64,000 nt of DNA, from positions 2,542,001 through 2,606,000 of the forward strand of contig JAUPSS010000001.1 of assembly GCA_040285825.1 (NCBI GenBank). The letters are read 5' to 3'. Below, piece after piece: positions 11,831 through 22,678 of this stretch (position 1 is the first letter of the stretch; each line of letters opens with the position of its first letter). The notes beneath the pieces are model-generated. The model was not told the origin of the DNA and searched no databases. It saw nothing but the letters and a program-made list of their open reading frames with translations. This stretch comes from Eukaryota sp. TZLM1-RC (Eukaryota > Protista > Metamonada: BaSk clade). Made by a program: the position numbers and the translations under genes.

Positions 11831-13707
11831 TAAGTATTTTACAAGAACTTGAACTACATTATTATCCCACTTTTGCCGTATTTTAAAATGATGTATGGAT
11901 CACCCTCTAACTTAATTTTTCATTCTGAGAATATTGTTTTGTCGAGAGGCGTCAAACAAGGGGATCCATTGGGTCCATTTTTCTTTTGCTTAGCACAGCA
12001 ATCAGTTTTAGTAAAATTTAAGTCGGATTTTCCTGACATTCATATATGTGCTTATACAGATGATTTGTCACTTATCGGCCCTTTGTCTCTTTTGCAGCAC
12101 GGGTTACAACATTTGGTTATTCTGTCCAAACAAATAGGGTTAGATATTAAATTGCACAAGTGTTTCATTGTTGGTAATCAGAATGCGGAGGTAGCATTTA
12201 ATGAAACTTTTATCAAATAAGTTGATTATGATGAAGATGCGATTCGTTTTCTTGGCCCTTATTTTGGAAATTGTGAAAAAGTTAAATCGATTTTGTCAGG
12301 TATTTTGGGAAAAATCGAAGAGCAACTTTTGGCTATTCAAGATCTAGAAATTGACAAACATTTAGCGTTTTCGGTCCTAAATGTGTGTTTTGGATCAAAA
12401 ATTAATCACCTTCTTCGTTCTTTATCCCCTACAATTTCTCATGATTTTGCACGTCAATTTAATACTTTGAGAACAAATTTCTTAAGAGATTTAGTAGAAG
12501 TTTGCCCATCAAAAATTCCTTATCATGCATTTTTTAGTCCTAAATTTGATGGAGTTGGTTTTTCAAAAGCAGAGTATTTATGCAAAAGTGCCTTTATTGG
12601 AGGTATGAAAAATTTTCTTTTTGAGTGGAAACGTCGTTTTGATCATATTCCTTTGAATGAATCACATCCTTTATTAATTTCTCTTGAAAACATGGTGCAG
12701 GAACTACCTGTTGATGTGGGATAAGTGTTTTCCTTCAAGTTTGCCTTCTGTACCTTCGAGATCTTTTACCAATCTTCATCTTGCTGTTGTGAAATTACAA
12801 AAGTCTGTTTTAATTGGTTTTGAAGACCTGGATTTTTCTAAAGGACTTAGTGTGACTAAGATTAATAATCCCGTCTTTGCTGCCTTTTTATCATACATCC
12901 AGAACTGCACTAGTTTAATATCTCAGCAACCAAGGCCATTTGGTCTTCACTTAACAAATGAAGCTTGGAAACAAAACATGCGGTTGAGATTGGGGCTGTA
13001 TCCAAGTGGTCTTTTGGATAATTCTGTTTGTATTTGTAACGAAAAACCTACTGCCAATTTCCGTCATATGGTTAGTTGTAAGAAATTCCTTCAATATCGG
13101 TCAGTTCTTCATAATGTCGTTCGTGATGTGACATATGAAATGTTCAAGTGTTACAATTTTAGTTGCAAAGTAGAACCGTTGTTGAAGCATTATAGCGATA
13201 ATAATCTGTTGAATTCACGTCGAGGTGATTTAATTGCTCCTTTTGTGGATTCCTCTCAAGTTGTTGTTGATTTTACTACAGTTGATCCCTTTGCTTTTAT
13301 TTATCGTGATGATGTTTTACTTAGTGCTAATGGTCATTTAAACAAGGCTGAAGATCGTGAAATAGATAAATATACTGAGATATTAAATGATTTAAATAAG
13401 AATCTTTACTCGAAGTTTTCGTTTGTTCCTTTTGCCCTTTTGATTTTTGGCAACATTGGACAGTCCGCCTTGAATTTTATCAATGATTTTGGTAATTTAT
13501 GTCGTTCAAGTGGTAAGAATTTTGCAGGGAATTTATGGAAGAATCGTATCATTTTCGCCTTGTACAGAAGTGTTCCCAAATACTTGAGTTTAATGATGTC
13601 CAAGTTGTATAAGGATTCATCAAGAGTTGGCGTGGAGAATTTTGTTTCTTATGTGTTTTAGTTTGTTTTGTTATGTTTTGTTACTTTTTTTTAAATAATA
13701 AAATTTT
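11831..13707 (+). mobile_element. CRE-like non-LTR retrotransposon, longest copy in the window (5'-truncated; part of RT plus CCHC and RLE endonuclease)
   Basis: RT motifs RGVKQGDPLGP and AYTDD; CICNEKPTANFRHMVSC; HNVVRD; RRGDL...VVVDFT...AEDREIDKY; FVPFA. In-frame TAA at 12218 and a frameshift near 12700. Possible TSD TATAGTGT at 11823-11830 and 13708-13715. Confidence 0.88.
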
Positions 13708-14393
13708 TATAGTGTATATATATTTTTAATATTAATGAGGGCTCAACTCACCTCATTTCCTAGAGTTTGTGTCAATTGTACAAGCTTCCACATGTGATGT
13801 TACAACATCCTTGTCATTGATGTGATCCTCTCTCAGTGAAACCTGCGAACTAAGTCTTTAATCGCTCTTGTATATTTTTAGTGACAACAATGCCAAACCC
13901 CAGTAAACCCACTCAACCAACAGGCTCAACATTCACTCATAGCAAGGGTTCACCACGATCCTCTGAGAAGGTCCCAACTGAGTTCTCTGAAGAAGATTTC
14001 AAGAAGGAACCTCCTTCCCTACACCACACAGTTAGTGATAAAACCCATCATGATAAGGTTAGATCCACAGATAAGAGAAGTAGATATCGTTCAGGGCATC
14101 AACAGTCAAAGGGACAAGGTGCCCCAGGAAAATAGTCTCTAAATAAGCTGAATACAGCACTTTACGTACATTTGGTTTTAATATTCATAACTGAAGAAAC
14201 TATTGAGATGAACACAACATCCATATATCAACAAACAACAGTTTAAGATTGGGCAATGATAAGGTGATAGCTTTTTTGTATATCACATGGTTTCTACCTC
14301 TAGTTAACACTAATTTGCTGCAGTGATTCTATTTATTTGAATAATATTTTTGAAAAGTTACAAGTTTTTATTCTGTACAATAATATTTTACAA

Positions 14394-16610
14394 TTAATTT
14401 ATAACAATAAACTTTGGAGATTCTGAAATTAATTTAGCAAACTGTGGTTCATCCAGTCTGGATTTTTTGAATGAAAAATTGAATAAGTCAGTATCCAAAG
14501 TCACTTGCTTCTTTAATTTGAACTGTTCATTCCCTTTAAATCCAAGCAATTGATATCTTCTGCTTGGAAGTAATCTAAATCGAACTCTATTATTGGAAAA
14601 AGAAATGAACCCTGCAAGAGAAATCCTTCCATTGCTTGGTGGGTTTTTAATTATAGACCTTTTAGCATTGACATTGTTGAGGTTCAAAAATCTATAATTG
14701 ATAGACCTTGTTTGACTAATAGAACCAAGAAAACTGGGAAGAAGTGACTCAAACTGAGAAATAGAATCATCTATAGATGATTTGAGTGATTTAAGTTCAA
14801 CTTCATCATTACTAAAAGAATTTTTAGAATTTTTAGAACTTTTAGATGACTTGGCTTTGGATTTTTTGTTCCTTTTCTTCTGCTTTTTACTCTTGCGTTT
14901 TCTTTTCCTCTGCTTAAAAGGTAATAGACACTTCAGGAAAAAGAAGATAACTTTAAAAGAAGTCTTCATCATCCAGAAAAATAGTTTGAAAACCCCCAAT
15001 TTGGACAGCATCATTATAGCAACTACTCCAACAATGTAGTCACCCAAAGAGAAAAATTCCCCAAGGAACCTGAAACAGGAAGGATTAAATACTAAACACA
15101 AAACTTCAGTCAACGAAACGCAAGGGCAAGACTGTGAATCTTGCAAATTTTGATTGACTACATCGGACCCTGAAACCTTTGTCCAGTCAGAAACTTCCGA
15201 GTGCGCACCTTCAACAACGTCAAATTCCCGATAATCAAGAACTTTGCCAGAGAAACTTTCCAAAATTGTAAACTCACAGACATAATGCTCATCTACAAAG
15301 GACAAAGCAACTACAACTTCTAATTCTAAATCAAAGACACTCTCAGCATCTACTGTTACTGTTGGCGGTGGGGTTTCAATGGTTTGCTGGAACCCATGCT
15401 GGTAATCAACGCATTTAAGAGTAGGTACAACACTTCCTCTATATTTTGATTGATTCTCCAGTGTTCCATCAATTTTGATTGGAAGTCTACCTCCTGAAGT
15501 TTCTTCCGATCGAACAGCAATCGACTTTATCACGATGTCAACAGCTTGGTGTGATACTAATAGTGAATCAGCAACGAATTCAAGTCTCAACATAACTCCA
15601 AAATATGAATCTAAATCAAATTCTAAAAAGCTATTTGAAACCCTCCAATTACCAAACCTTGACGCCAAATACCGAGGCATTCTGTTATCTCCGACTCTTT
15701 TCCTATCCTCCTTAACCAAGTTCTCTATTGAATTAATAGCACCAGGATTAGCAGCTTCAAAGCAAGCAGTGGAGGGAGTTGAAGCAAATGAACGGTGGAC
15801 ATTGTAGGAGTTGAGAGAATGAGCTCTGTCAGAGGAGAGAATGAGAGATTCATTGGCAGAAACATTGAAGAAAAGTTCACTTCTAATTGGAGGAAAATGA
15901 TTATTAAAACCATCTAATGTTCCCTCAATTGACCCTAGCAGCAAATCCTTTTCAGATAATGCCCTTCTGGTGTTAGGCGTTAAGTGGATTGAGGTAGTGA
16001 AATCTCTTGTGGAGAGAGTACATTCTATATCAAAATCAACATTACCTCTTCCGATATTAAGGCTCCTGATGGACCCAGCATTTGTCGGTCTGAGACAATG
16101 GACTGATCGGAAAGAGTTCCCAGTTAGTTGGCAAGCGAGGGAGTTCCTGTTCAATATCGTAGAACCTAGATCGCAAGTGCAACAGAACCCAGATGAGTGG
16201 TCAATTGGTTTTCCTTCAGAATCTAGCATAAAGGAACAAGAAGGAGTTCTTCCATCAGGTCTGGTGGGAGCATGGCACCCTCGGAGAACAGAAAACCCTT
16301 CTACATGCTCCCGATAAGCATAGGGTAATGATTCCTGATAATGCAGACCGTATACAACTTTAGGAGTGGATCGAGTACACGAAATGTTGGCAGCTGTATC
16401 AAGAGATTTATCCCCTAAAGAAGAAAGATGGGTTTCAATTGTGGAAGATTGACTGCCTTCCATATTGAGTAGAACTACAGCTTTTGTATCACAGATGCGT
16501 CCAAATTCATCACTGTTTGTACATGATTCAAGCGTTGAACTTGAAAGAATAGAAGCCCTGGCTGATGAAAGTAGTACGAAGGCAAGGAAGAGAATCATTA
16601 TTACAGACAT
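14394..16610 (-). CDS. HAP2: HAP2/GCS1 gamete fusogen (class II fusion protein)
   Basis: Signal peptide; ILSSSTLESC...CDTKAVVLL N-terminus; SSGFCCTC and SVHCLR motifs; TM segment followed by a K/R-rich cytoplasmic tail. Start codon uncertain. Confidence 0.88.
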   Translation of the reverse strand: MSVIMILFLAFVLLSSARASILSSSTLESCTNSDEFGRICDTKAVVLLNMEGSQSSTIETHLSSLGDKSLDTAANISCTRSTPKVVYGLHYQESLPYAYREHVEGFSVLRGCHAPTRPDGRTPSCSFMLDSEGKPIDHSSGFCCTCDLGSTILNRNSLACQLTGNSFRSVHCLRPTNAGSIRSLNIGRGNVDFDIECTLSTRDFTTSIHLTPNTRRALSEKDLLLGSIEGTLDGFNNHFPPIRSELFFNVSANESLILSSDRAHSLNSYNVHRSFASTPSTACFEAANPGAINSIENLVKEDRKRVGDNRMPRYLASRFGNWRVSNSFLEFDLDSYFGVMLRLEFVADSLLVSHQAVDIVIKSIAVRSEETSGGRLPIKIDGTLENQSKYRGSVVPTLKCVDYQHGFQQTIETPPPTVTVDAESVFDLELEVVVALSFVDEHYVCEFTILESFSGKVLDYREFDVVEGAHSEVSDWTKVSGSDVVNQNLQDSQSCPCVSLTEVLCLVFNPSCFRFLGEFFSLGDYIVGVVAIMMLSKLGVFKLFFWMMKTSFKVIFFFLKCLLPFKQRKRKRKSKKQKKRNKKSKAKSSKSSKNSKNSFSNDEVELKSLKSSIDDSISQFESLLPSFLGSISQTRSINYRFLNLNNVNAKRSIIKNPPSNGRISLAGFISFSNNRVRFRLLPSRRYQLLGFKGNEQFKLKKQVTLDTDLFNFSFKKSRLDEPQFAKLISESPKFIVIN

Positions 16611-16736
16611 TGTCCATAACAATAAAATAAGTGTCCTTTTTTACACTGATGTGGAGAGACTGAGTTTTTGAGAAGTGGAAGGTTTTCACCTAAATTCCAT
16701 CATTTAAACCTTCAACAACCTTGGCTCTCTGCAGGT

Positions 16737-17470
16737 CTATGTCCACCGAAGATTTCTGTACCATCGGACTGTTTCAATTGTTTTCTCCGGTTTCTGACAG
16801 TTGATACAACAGCAACTGGTTCGAAACACATCAATTAAAAAGACTTTATAACCATCCTTTTTAAATAAAATTGTCAAATCTTTTCCTTTGGTAGGTTCTT
16901 TGAATTTCATGTGTTTTCGTTGTTCCCAGTCTCCGATTATGTGAATCATTGTTACTCAAATTTAATGAGTAATCAATTTCGTGGGCAATATTGATTTCTT
17001 GAGGTACTTCACCTCTTAATAAACTAATTGTTCTTTCAGTCATTTGGTCAATTATACTGCTGTTTAAATCCATCCTTTGTTGTTCCTTTTCAGATGGTTC
17101 AAAGTTGGATGGACCAATCAGCCTACCAGTAGAGTTACTTATGAGTGTCATTCCGTATACTGTCTCTTATTCTTTTGAATTTGGATCTTTTTGACTCAAA
17201 TCTTCGTTGATTTTGAGTGTACCTGAAATGAACATATTTATCTCTCTCAAGTTTTTTTTGAATGAGTCATTTTAGTAGCTAAATTGGTTGAAAAATAGAG
17301 TAGATCAGATTTCCCTGTATCAGCAGCAACAAGGGTCATATCTTGGAATTGAGAAGGATTGATGCTGGGGTCATCAATATACTTTATCTTTCATTGTTAA
17401 CAAATATTAAACAATTTCATGGTTAGATCAGCATCCCTCAGAAAATAAACTGCAACTGCAGTTGTTCTTT
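16737..17470 (-). pseudogene. Fanzor1-type relic, third family
   Basis: KYIDD...LVAADTGKSDLLY (RuvC-I region, ~17300-17390). IIGDWEQRKHMKFKEPTKGK...KKDGYKVFLIDVFRTSCCCINC (RuvC-II position degenerate, E to V; zinc finger). Interrupted and 3'-truncated. Confidence 0.75.
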
Positions 17471-18222
17471 GGGATAAGGAAAAATCTGAGAAGGGATCAT
17501 CTTCATGAACCGTCCAATACTTTGCAATAAACTGAGGATTAAGGTATTAATAAAATTTTAGCAATTGTATTTCATTTATGTGGTTCATAATAATTTGTGT
17601 AAATACTGAAATTACCACTTATTATATGAGGATTATAAGCTTCTAGTATTTTTTGAAATGAATTTAGCATTTCATTTTCAGAGAAATGATGATATAAAGT
17701 GATATTTTTGTCATACACTTTACAATAGTGTTCATGTCTGCTTGTTGAGTTTACTACAAGATCGCAAAATCAAAGATTTAATTTGAGCTATCCTCGATCA
17801 AAAATATGAGAAACAGAGTTTGCAACAATTTTTCTTGTAGATTGACAGTAAGAGGTGGAAAGTTCTCTTGCAGAAAACACAATTATTTCATCCTCATCAC
17901 TGAGCTTTTGACACAACACCAAAGTTTCAATATCAAAATTTAAAATTTATAATTCAGAGGGTAAATCGTTGTTTGACATTAAAGGGTATTTGTATCGAGT
18001 CAGCGGATTCTCATTGAAAAGTGTTTTCACACGTTTCAAAGGTGTGCACAATATATCAGGTCGCCTCATTCTGATTGTCTTTTGTTCAGAAGAGGATTGT
18101 TTTGTCTCAAACCATTTTATTTTATTGTCCACAAACTACAAAATCATGTTCTTGATTAAGAATCATCTTTAATTTCGTGTAAATTTTGCAAATTCGCAGA
18201 GATTGACACACAAATCACACAA

Positions 18223-20997
18223 ATGGATCTCTCTCCAAAGCTTATCTCAACTATACAGCACCTACAAGATGCCCCTCGTATTACATTTGCATCTTTTCGT
18301 GTTTTCGAATCTTCCCACAACTACCACAACAATGAGAATTCTCCTGGCGAATGTACAATCAATGGAGCACACAAACTCATAATTACTTTCGACTCTCGTT
18401 GCTCTACTGAAAGCGGTTGTGATGAACTCACCTTTTACTCCTCTCCTTCCCACAATGATTCTTCTAGCATTCGTGAGTGCTCAGGACCAAGGACCAACTC
18501 ATGCTGGAACCCTATCACCATCGAGGGGAACTCCATATATTGGAGATTCAGAAGTGATTCTTCCGTCACAGATTGGGGGTTTAAGTTCACCATTAAGCCC
18601 GTGTTCAATAAGGCAATTAAGCCATCTGTGGGACAATACTCATTGTTCGCCCTTACGTGTCTCTTAAACTCAGATTCTAATTCCATTTCTGATCCTGGCT
18701 TGTTCAAAGCAATCTGCTCTTTAGTAAAGGAAAACTGTTTCAAGGGAGATAATAATTATATTGCCAAAATTGGGGTCAACTATCTGAAAAAGTTAATATA
18801 TTTAGAGAATATCAATCCTATTAAGGATGTTTGTGCTGAATCTTTTGAATTTTTAATGTCAGCTCTAGGTAAAAATAGTAATTTTTTAAAAAATAATTTT
18901 AAAGATTTGACAAAATGTACCATCATTCTAGAATTTCTGGCCTTTCTAAGATTACTTATGGTAAAATTGAAATTAAAAATTCCTGAAACTACCCTCACTA
19001 GTGAAAATCTAAAATTTGTCCATTACAGCTTAATAACTAATCTCGGCCACTTACTTGAGTTACAGAATTCACTGGTCAACAATCATTCTCCATCTGTTCT
19101 ATTTGATTTAGCTTATAATTTCAAGAATTACCCCTCAGTTGTCATTGAAAGTCCTCACCCTTATGAAAATTCCTCTAAATACGATTGGAATTTTCAGCTG
19201 AAAAAGGAAAATGTTTCAAAGTTGATTATTCTGGTAGACCCCAATACTCACACAGAAAGCGGATGCGATGTGGTTAAAGTTTCGACTGAAAAAGGTAAAT
19301 TCGCGAGCTGGTCAGGAAGAGAGTTTCCTTCTTATTTTGAAGTTGATGGTGACTCATTGCAAGTAAGTCTTCACACGGATAGTTCTGGGACTTCCTATGG
19401 CTTTAAATTCGTTGTCATTCCCGTTTTTATGGAAAATCAAAAGGAAAAGGAAAAGGAAAAGGAAAAGGAAAAGGAAAATTTTGATTTAAGTTTTATTAAT
19501 TTTAAATTATTAAAACAGGGAACTGATTATTTGTCCTCAATTATCGACAATTTTCCCGCTTTCACCACCTGTTATGATCTGGTTTATGTCTACAGTCGCA
19601 ATCAATATGAACAGCACCAACCTTCTGTTGAGGAGGTTAAAAACTTTGTCGACAAGACTTTGCCAGACTTTCCTCTTCTTTCTGGACTGTCTTGGCATCA
19701 AATAGACATTTTACTGTCGTTAATTCAATTCATCAATCACAAATTGGCTTTGCTTTTACCTTTTGTAGATTTCTCAAGTAATTTTGATGATTGTGTTACC
19801 GGTGATTTACTTTCTAGTCTGCGCTTTATGTTTTTAAAGCAAACCAAATATTCTATATTTTTGTCTGAGTTATCGAAGAGCTCCTCTGATTCAAAACCTT
19901 CCTTCAGATTTCACAGAACAATTGATGGTGAATCTTTATGGTCGCAACTGTCCCGACAACTTAAATCAATTGATGGTTCATCCCTTAGGCACTCTTCCCA
20001 CTCCTTCCATGTGGATTTGGAACAAGAACATGCTCAAGATGGCGGAGGAGTGTTTAGGGAGGTTGTGTGCCATGCAGTTGATGATTTAGTCAAGTTACAC
20101 AAGGAACTAGGGTTTATGGTCAGAACGCCCAACTCTGTCAATGAAATTGGGGTTATACAGGATGGGCTTGTTTTTAATTCAGGAAACCTTAGTAATCAAT
20201 CAATCAATCACTCAGAATCGTTGGGAAAGTTGATGGGAATTGCAATCAGAACGAGTAATCATTTGGCTTTCACTTTGCCTCCTTTGATTTGGAAGTTATT
20301 AGTGAATGATGAGGTTACTCTGAATGATTATTTTTTGATTGATCAACATCAGACGTCCTTTTTACAGTCTTTGAGTAGTTGTTCCATAGAAGAATTTGAT
20401 GAATTAAGTCATTTTTGTAAATTTTTCGTGACACTTGCCAATGGGGATCAAGAACCGCTCAAAGATTTCCATAATACCACTACTTTGAAATATTCAGACC
20501 GTCATCTTTATGTGGAAAATGCCACAACTATTTTAATCAATCAATTTGCCACCCATTTGGATGCTCTCAAAAGGGGTCTTTTCAGTGTTGTTCCTGGTTA
20601 TCTTATTCCTTTGCTAACATGGAAAGATTTGTCAATTTTTGTTTGTGGAAGTTCAAGCTTTGATCTCAAGCAGCTCAAGGACATTGTTTCATATTCAAAG
20701 GGAGATTTTGATCCAACTTCTGCTTACGTGTCAATGTTCTGGGAGGTATTAAACAGTTTCTCGGACCGCCAACGAGAACTTTTCCTTCGATTTACTTGGG
20801 GTAGAACCAGGTTGCCAGCAAGGGGAACTGGGACAAGGTTTCAATTGGTTGGGATTAGTGGAGGTGACGAAACATTGCCGGCAAGCCATACTTGTTTTTT
20901 TCAGTTCGATTTACCAAAAGATTATTCAAGTTTTGAAGTAATGAGGTCTAGAATATTATATGCTATTGAAGCTTGTGCATCAATTGATACTGATTAG
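18223..20997 (+). CDS. HECT-domain E3 ubiquitin ligase (HERC-type C-terminus) with two N-terminal CUB-like repeats
   Basis: FLRFTWGRTRLP; LPASHTCFFQFDLP (catalytic Cys); ends IDTD. Duplicated ESxHxY...TESGCD...DSS...GFKF module. Confidence 0.9.
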   Translation: MDLSPKLISTIQHLQDAPRITFASFRVFESSHNYHNNENSPGECTINGAHKLIITFDSRCSTESGCDELTFYSSPSHNDSSSIRECSGPRTNSCWNPITIEGNSIYWRFRSDSSVTDWGFKFTIKPVFNKAIKPSVGQYSLFALTCLLNSDSNSISDPGLFKAICSLVKENCFKGDNNYIAKIGVNYLKKLIYLENINPIKDVCAESFEFLMSALGKNSNFLKNNFKDLTKCTIILEFLAFLRLLMVKLKLKIPETTLTSENLKFVHYSLITNLGHLLELQNSLVNNHSPSVLFDLAYNFKNYPSVVIESPHPYENSSKYDWNFQLKKENVSKLIILVDPNTHTESGCDVVKVSTEKGKFASWSGREFPSYFEVDGDSLQVSLHTDSSGTSYGFKFVVIPVFMENQKEKEKEKEKEKENFDLSFINFKLLKQGTDYLSSIIDNFPAFTTCYDLVYVYSRNQYEQHQPSVEEVKNFVDKTLPDFPLLSGLSWHQIDILLSLIQFINHKLALLLPFVDFSSNFDDCVTGDLLSSLRFMFLKQTKYSIFLSELSKSSSDSKPSFRFHRTIDGESLWSQLSRQLKSIDGSSLRHSSHSFHVDLEQEHAQDGGGVFREVVCHAVDDLVKLHKELGFMVRTPNSVNEIGVIQDGLVFNSGNLSNQSINHSESLGKLMGIAIRTSNHLAFTLPPLIWKLLVNDEVTLNDYFLIDQHQTSFLQSLSSCSIEEFDELSHFCKFFVTLANGDQEPLKDFHNTTTLKYSDRHLYVENATTILINQFATHLDALKRGLFSVVPGYLIPLLTWKDLSIFVCGSSSFDLKQLKDIVSYSKGDFDPTSAYVSMFWEVLNSFSDRQRELFLRFTWGRTRLPARGTGTRFQLVGISGGDETLPASHTCFFQFDLPKDYSSFEVMRSRILYAIEACASIDTD
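19441..19478 (+). repeat. (GAAAAG)n hexanucleotide repeat encoding poly-KE
   Basis: Directly visible; in frame within the HECT gene. Confidence 0.9.
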
Positions 20998-21339
20998 AGT
21001 TTTTCTTTTTTGTTGTGTAAATATCCTTTCCTTTTTTTGTTTTCATTAAGCAACTGATATTTATATTGAATTGGCAATAATAACCTTTCGTAACAATCGA
21101 CCAAGAAAACACTATATTGAGAATAAATTTCTTCAAATCTTCAAGAGATGAAAATATTTATTCTTGGAACAGCCACATTGTAAAACACAACCAACAACCT
21201 GAACTAATGCTTTTACCTCTATTTCGACCAAGAGAATTCAAAGTATGGTCATCAACCAAACCAAAGAGTAATGGTTCTATATAGGAAACAATTTTTTGTG
21301 ACTTTGACTTGCAACAGAGTTGATGCCTAACTGCATCAT

Positions 21340-21851
21340 GAAGGTGATTTAATGCTTGCAGGTCTTGAAGAAACGACTAGCATTACTGATGTAGGATCCT
21401 CTGATGTGTGTAACAATTCTTTTATAGTTTTAGCTCAGTCAAAACACAAGAATCCGCTGTCTGTTGCCGAAAACATCAAAATTGGTAAATATAAAGCAAA
21501 GTTGGTTTCCTTGAATGCTGATTCGCATACTCATTATGTCCTTTGTCCATTTGCTTTTTCCCTACATGGCACGCTTGGACCACTTGCTTTATCTTTCTTG
21601 GATGATTTTGTTGAAGTTGTGAAACAACGTAGAGGAAGAATTTTTGACAAAATGTTTTGGCAGAACAGAATTTGATTTTCAATTTTTAAAGGAGTAGTCC
21701 CCTTATTATCTTCGGCTTCATTATTTCTTGGTCGTTTTTATGAAGGAAAGACTTCCAGTCAATTCTTTTGGCCTAATTAGGATATGCAGATTGGGAATTT
21801 CAGTTTGTTGTTTAGTTACTCGTTGGAATAAATTAACATTTTGAAAAAAAA
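21340..21851 (+). mobile_element. CRE-like non-LTR retrotransposon 3' fragment
   Basis: TDV...AENIKIGKY...LCPFAFSLHG...FWQNRI; ends in AATAAA and an A-run. Closely similar to 37443-37790. Confidence 0.8.
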
Positions 21852-22019
21852 TACTTTTACCTAATAAAGATTTCATCAATTGAATCACTGAAAATAATCT
21901 ATTCAGCTTCCAGTAAATTTGAAATTCTTGGTTTCAGAATATAATAAATAATATTAATATGGTTGAATTTTAGGTTGAATACAAATCCCTTTTTTTCCCT
22001 TCCCGGTTTGAAAACGGTT

Positions 22020-22472
22020 TGAAAGTGCTGCTTTGGGGGTAGTTGTTGCCTAATTGGTAGATTTGTTCAGACCAAATCCATAGCAATTACCACAAGCAGT
22101 GAGTGCCAATGTATGATGAACACCTACACTACAAGAAACAATGTTAGAGAAGAAGGGTAACTGGAAATTCTTTCTACCAGTAGCATGAGGAGGAAAATAT
22201 CGGGAGAGAACACCAGGTGTTGGATATGAGAATAAAGAAACAGAAGGTGCAACAGAACCAATAAGGTTGATTCGTTTTGTGCGAGACCAGAGAATTGAGT
22301 TTCCTTTAGATATGTAGCGAATTCTGTGAGATGGTACAGATAAGGCAAGAAAATCGTGAAGAGGGAGGAAGAATACACCGCCAAATCTATCCTCAAAACC
22401 AACAAAGAAACGTTCTTTAGACAAAGAAGTATCATGGACTAATCTGTTGATGATGCTGAGAGCGTCTTTCAT
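22020..22472 (-). CDS. MJ1316/DUF504-like RNA cyclic-end recognition domain fused to an RCC1-like repeat; frameshifted or truncated
   Basis: IINRLVHD...FFVGFEDRFGG...VPSHRIRY...LWSR (MJ1316 pattern), then SVGVHHTLALTACGNCYGFGLN. Adding one base near 22060 restores YQLG of the RCC1 repeat. Confidence 0.7.
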
Positions 22473-22678
22473 GAGTTACATAGAGTTGAAATTCCAGAAA
22501 CTATTACAAAGGATACCTAGTTTATGAACCTAGTTGATGAAGTGAGGGGAAAGTGTGGGAATAGTGAAAACCTCCCAAAACCAAGTTGAGGGTTAAAAAC
22601 CTCCCAGAATAGGCAACCAGAAGTCGAAAATGGGTGACAAGTGTAAAATTTGATAGATGAGCTCTTTATTCTCACTAC

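Noticed and set aside
13746-13757. 12-nt match (ACTCACCTCATT) to the flank downstream of the 47-kb candidate omegaRNA, as a possible guide target
   Set aside because: Too short, not adjacent to the inferred scaffold end, and compatible with chance.
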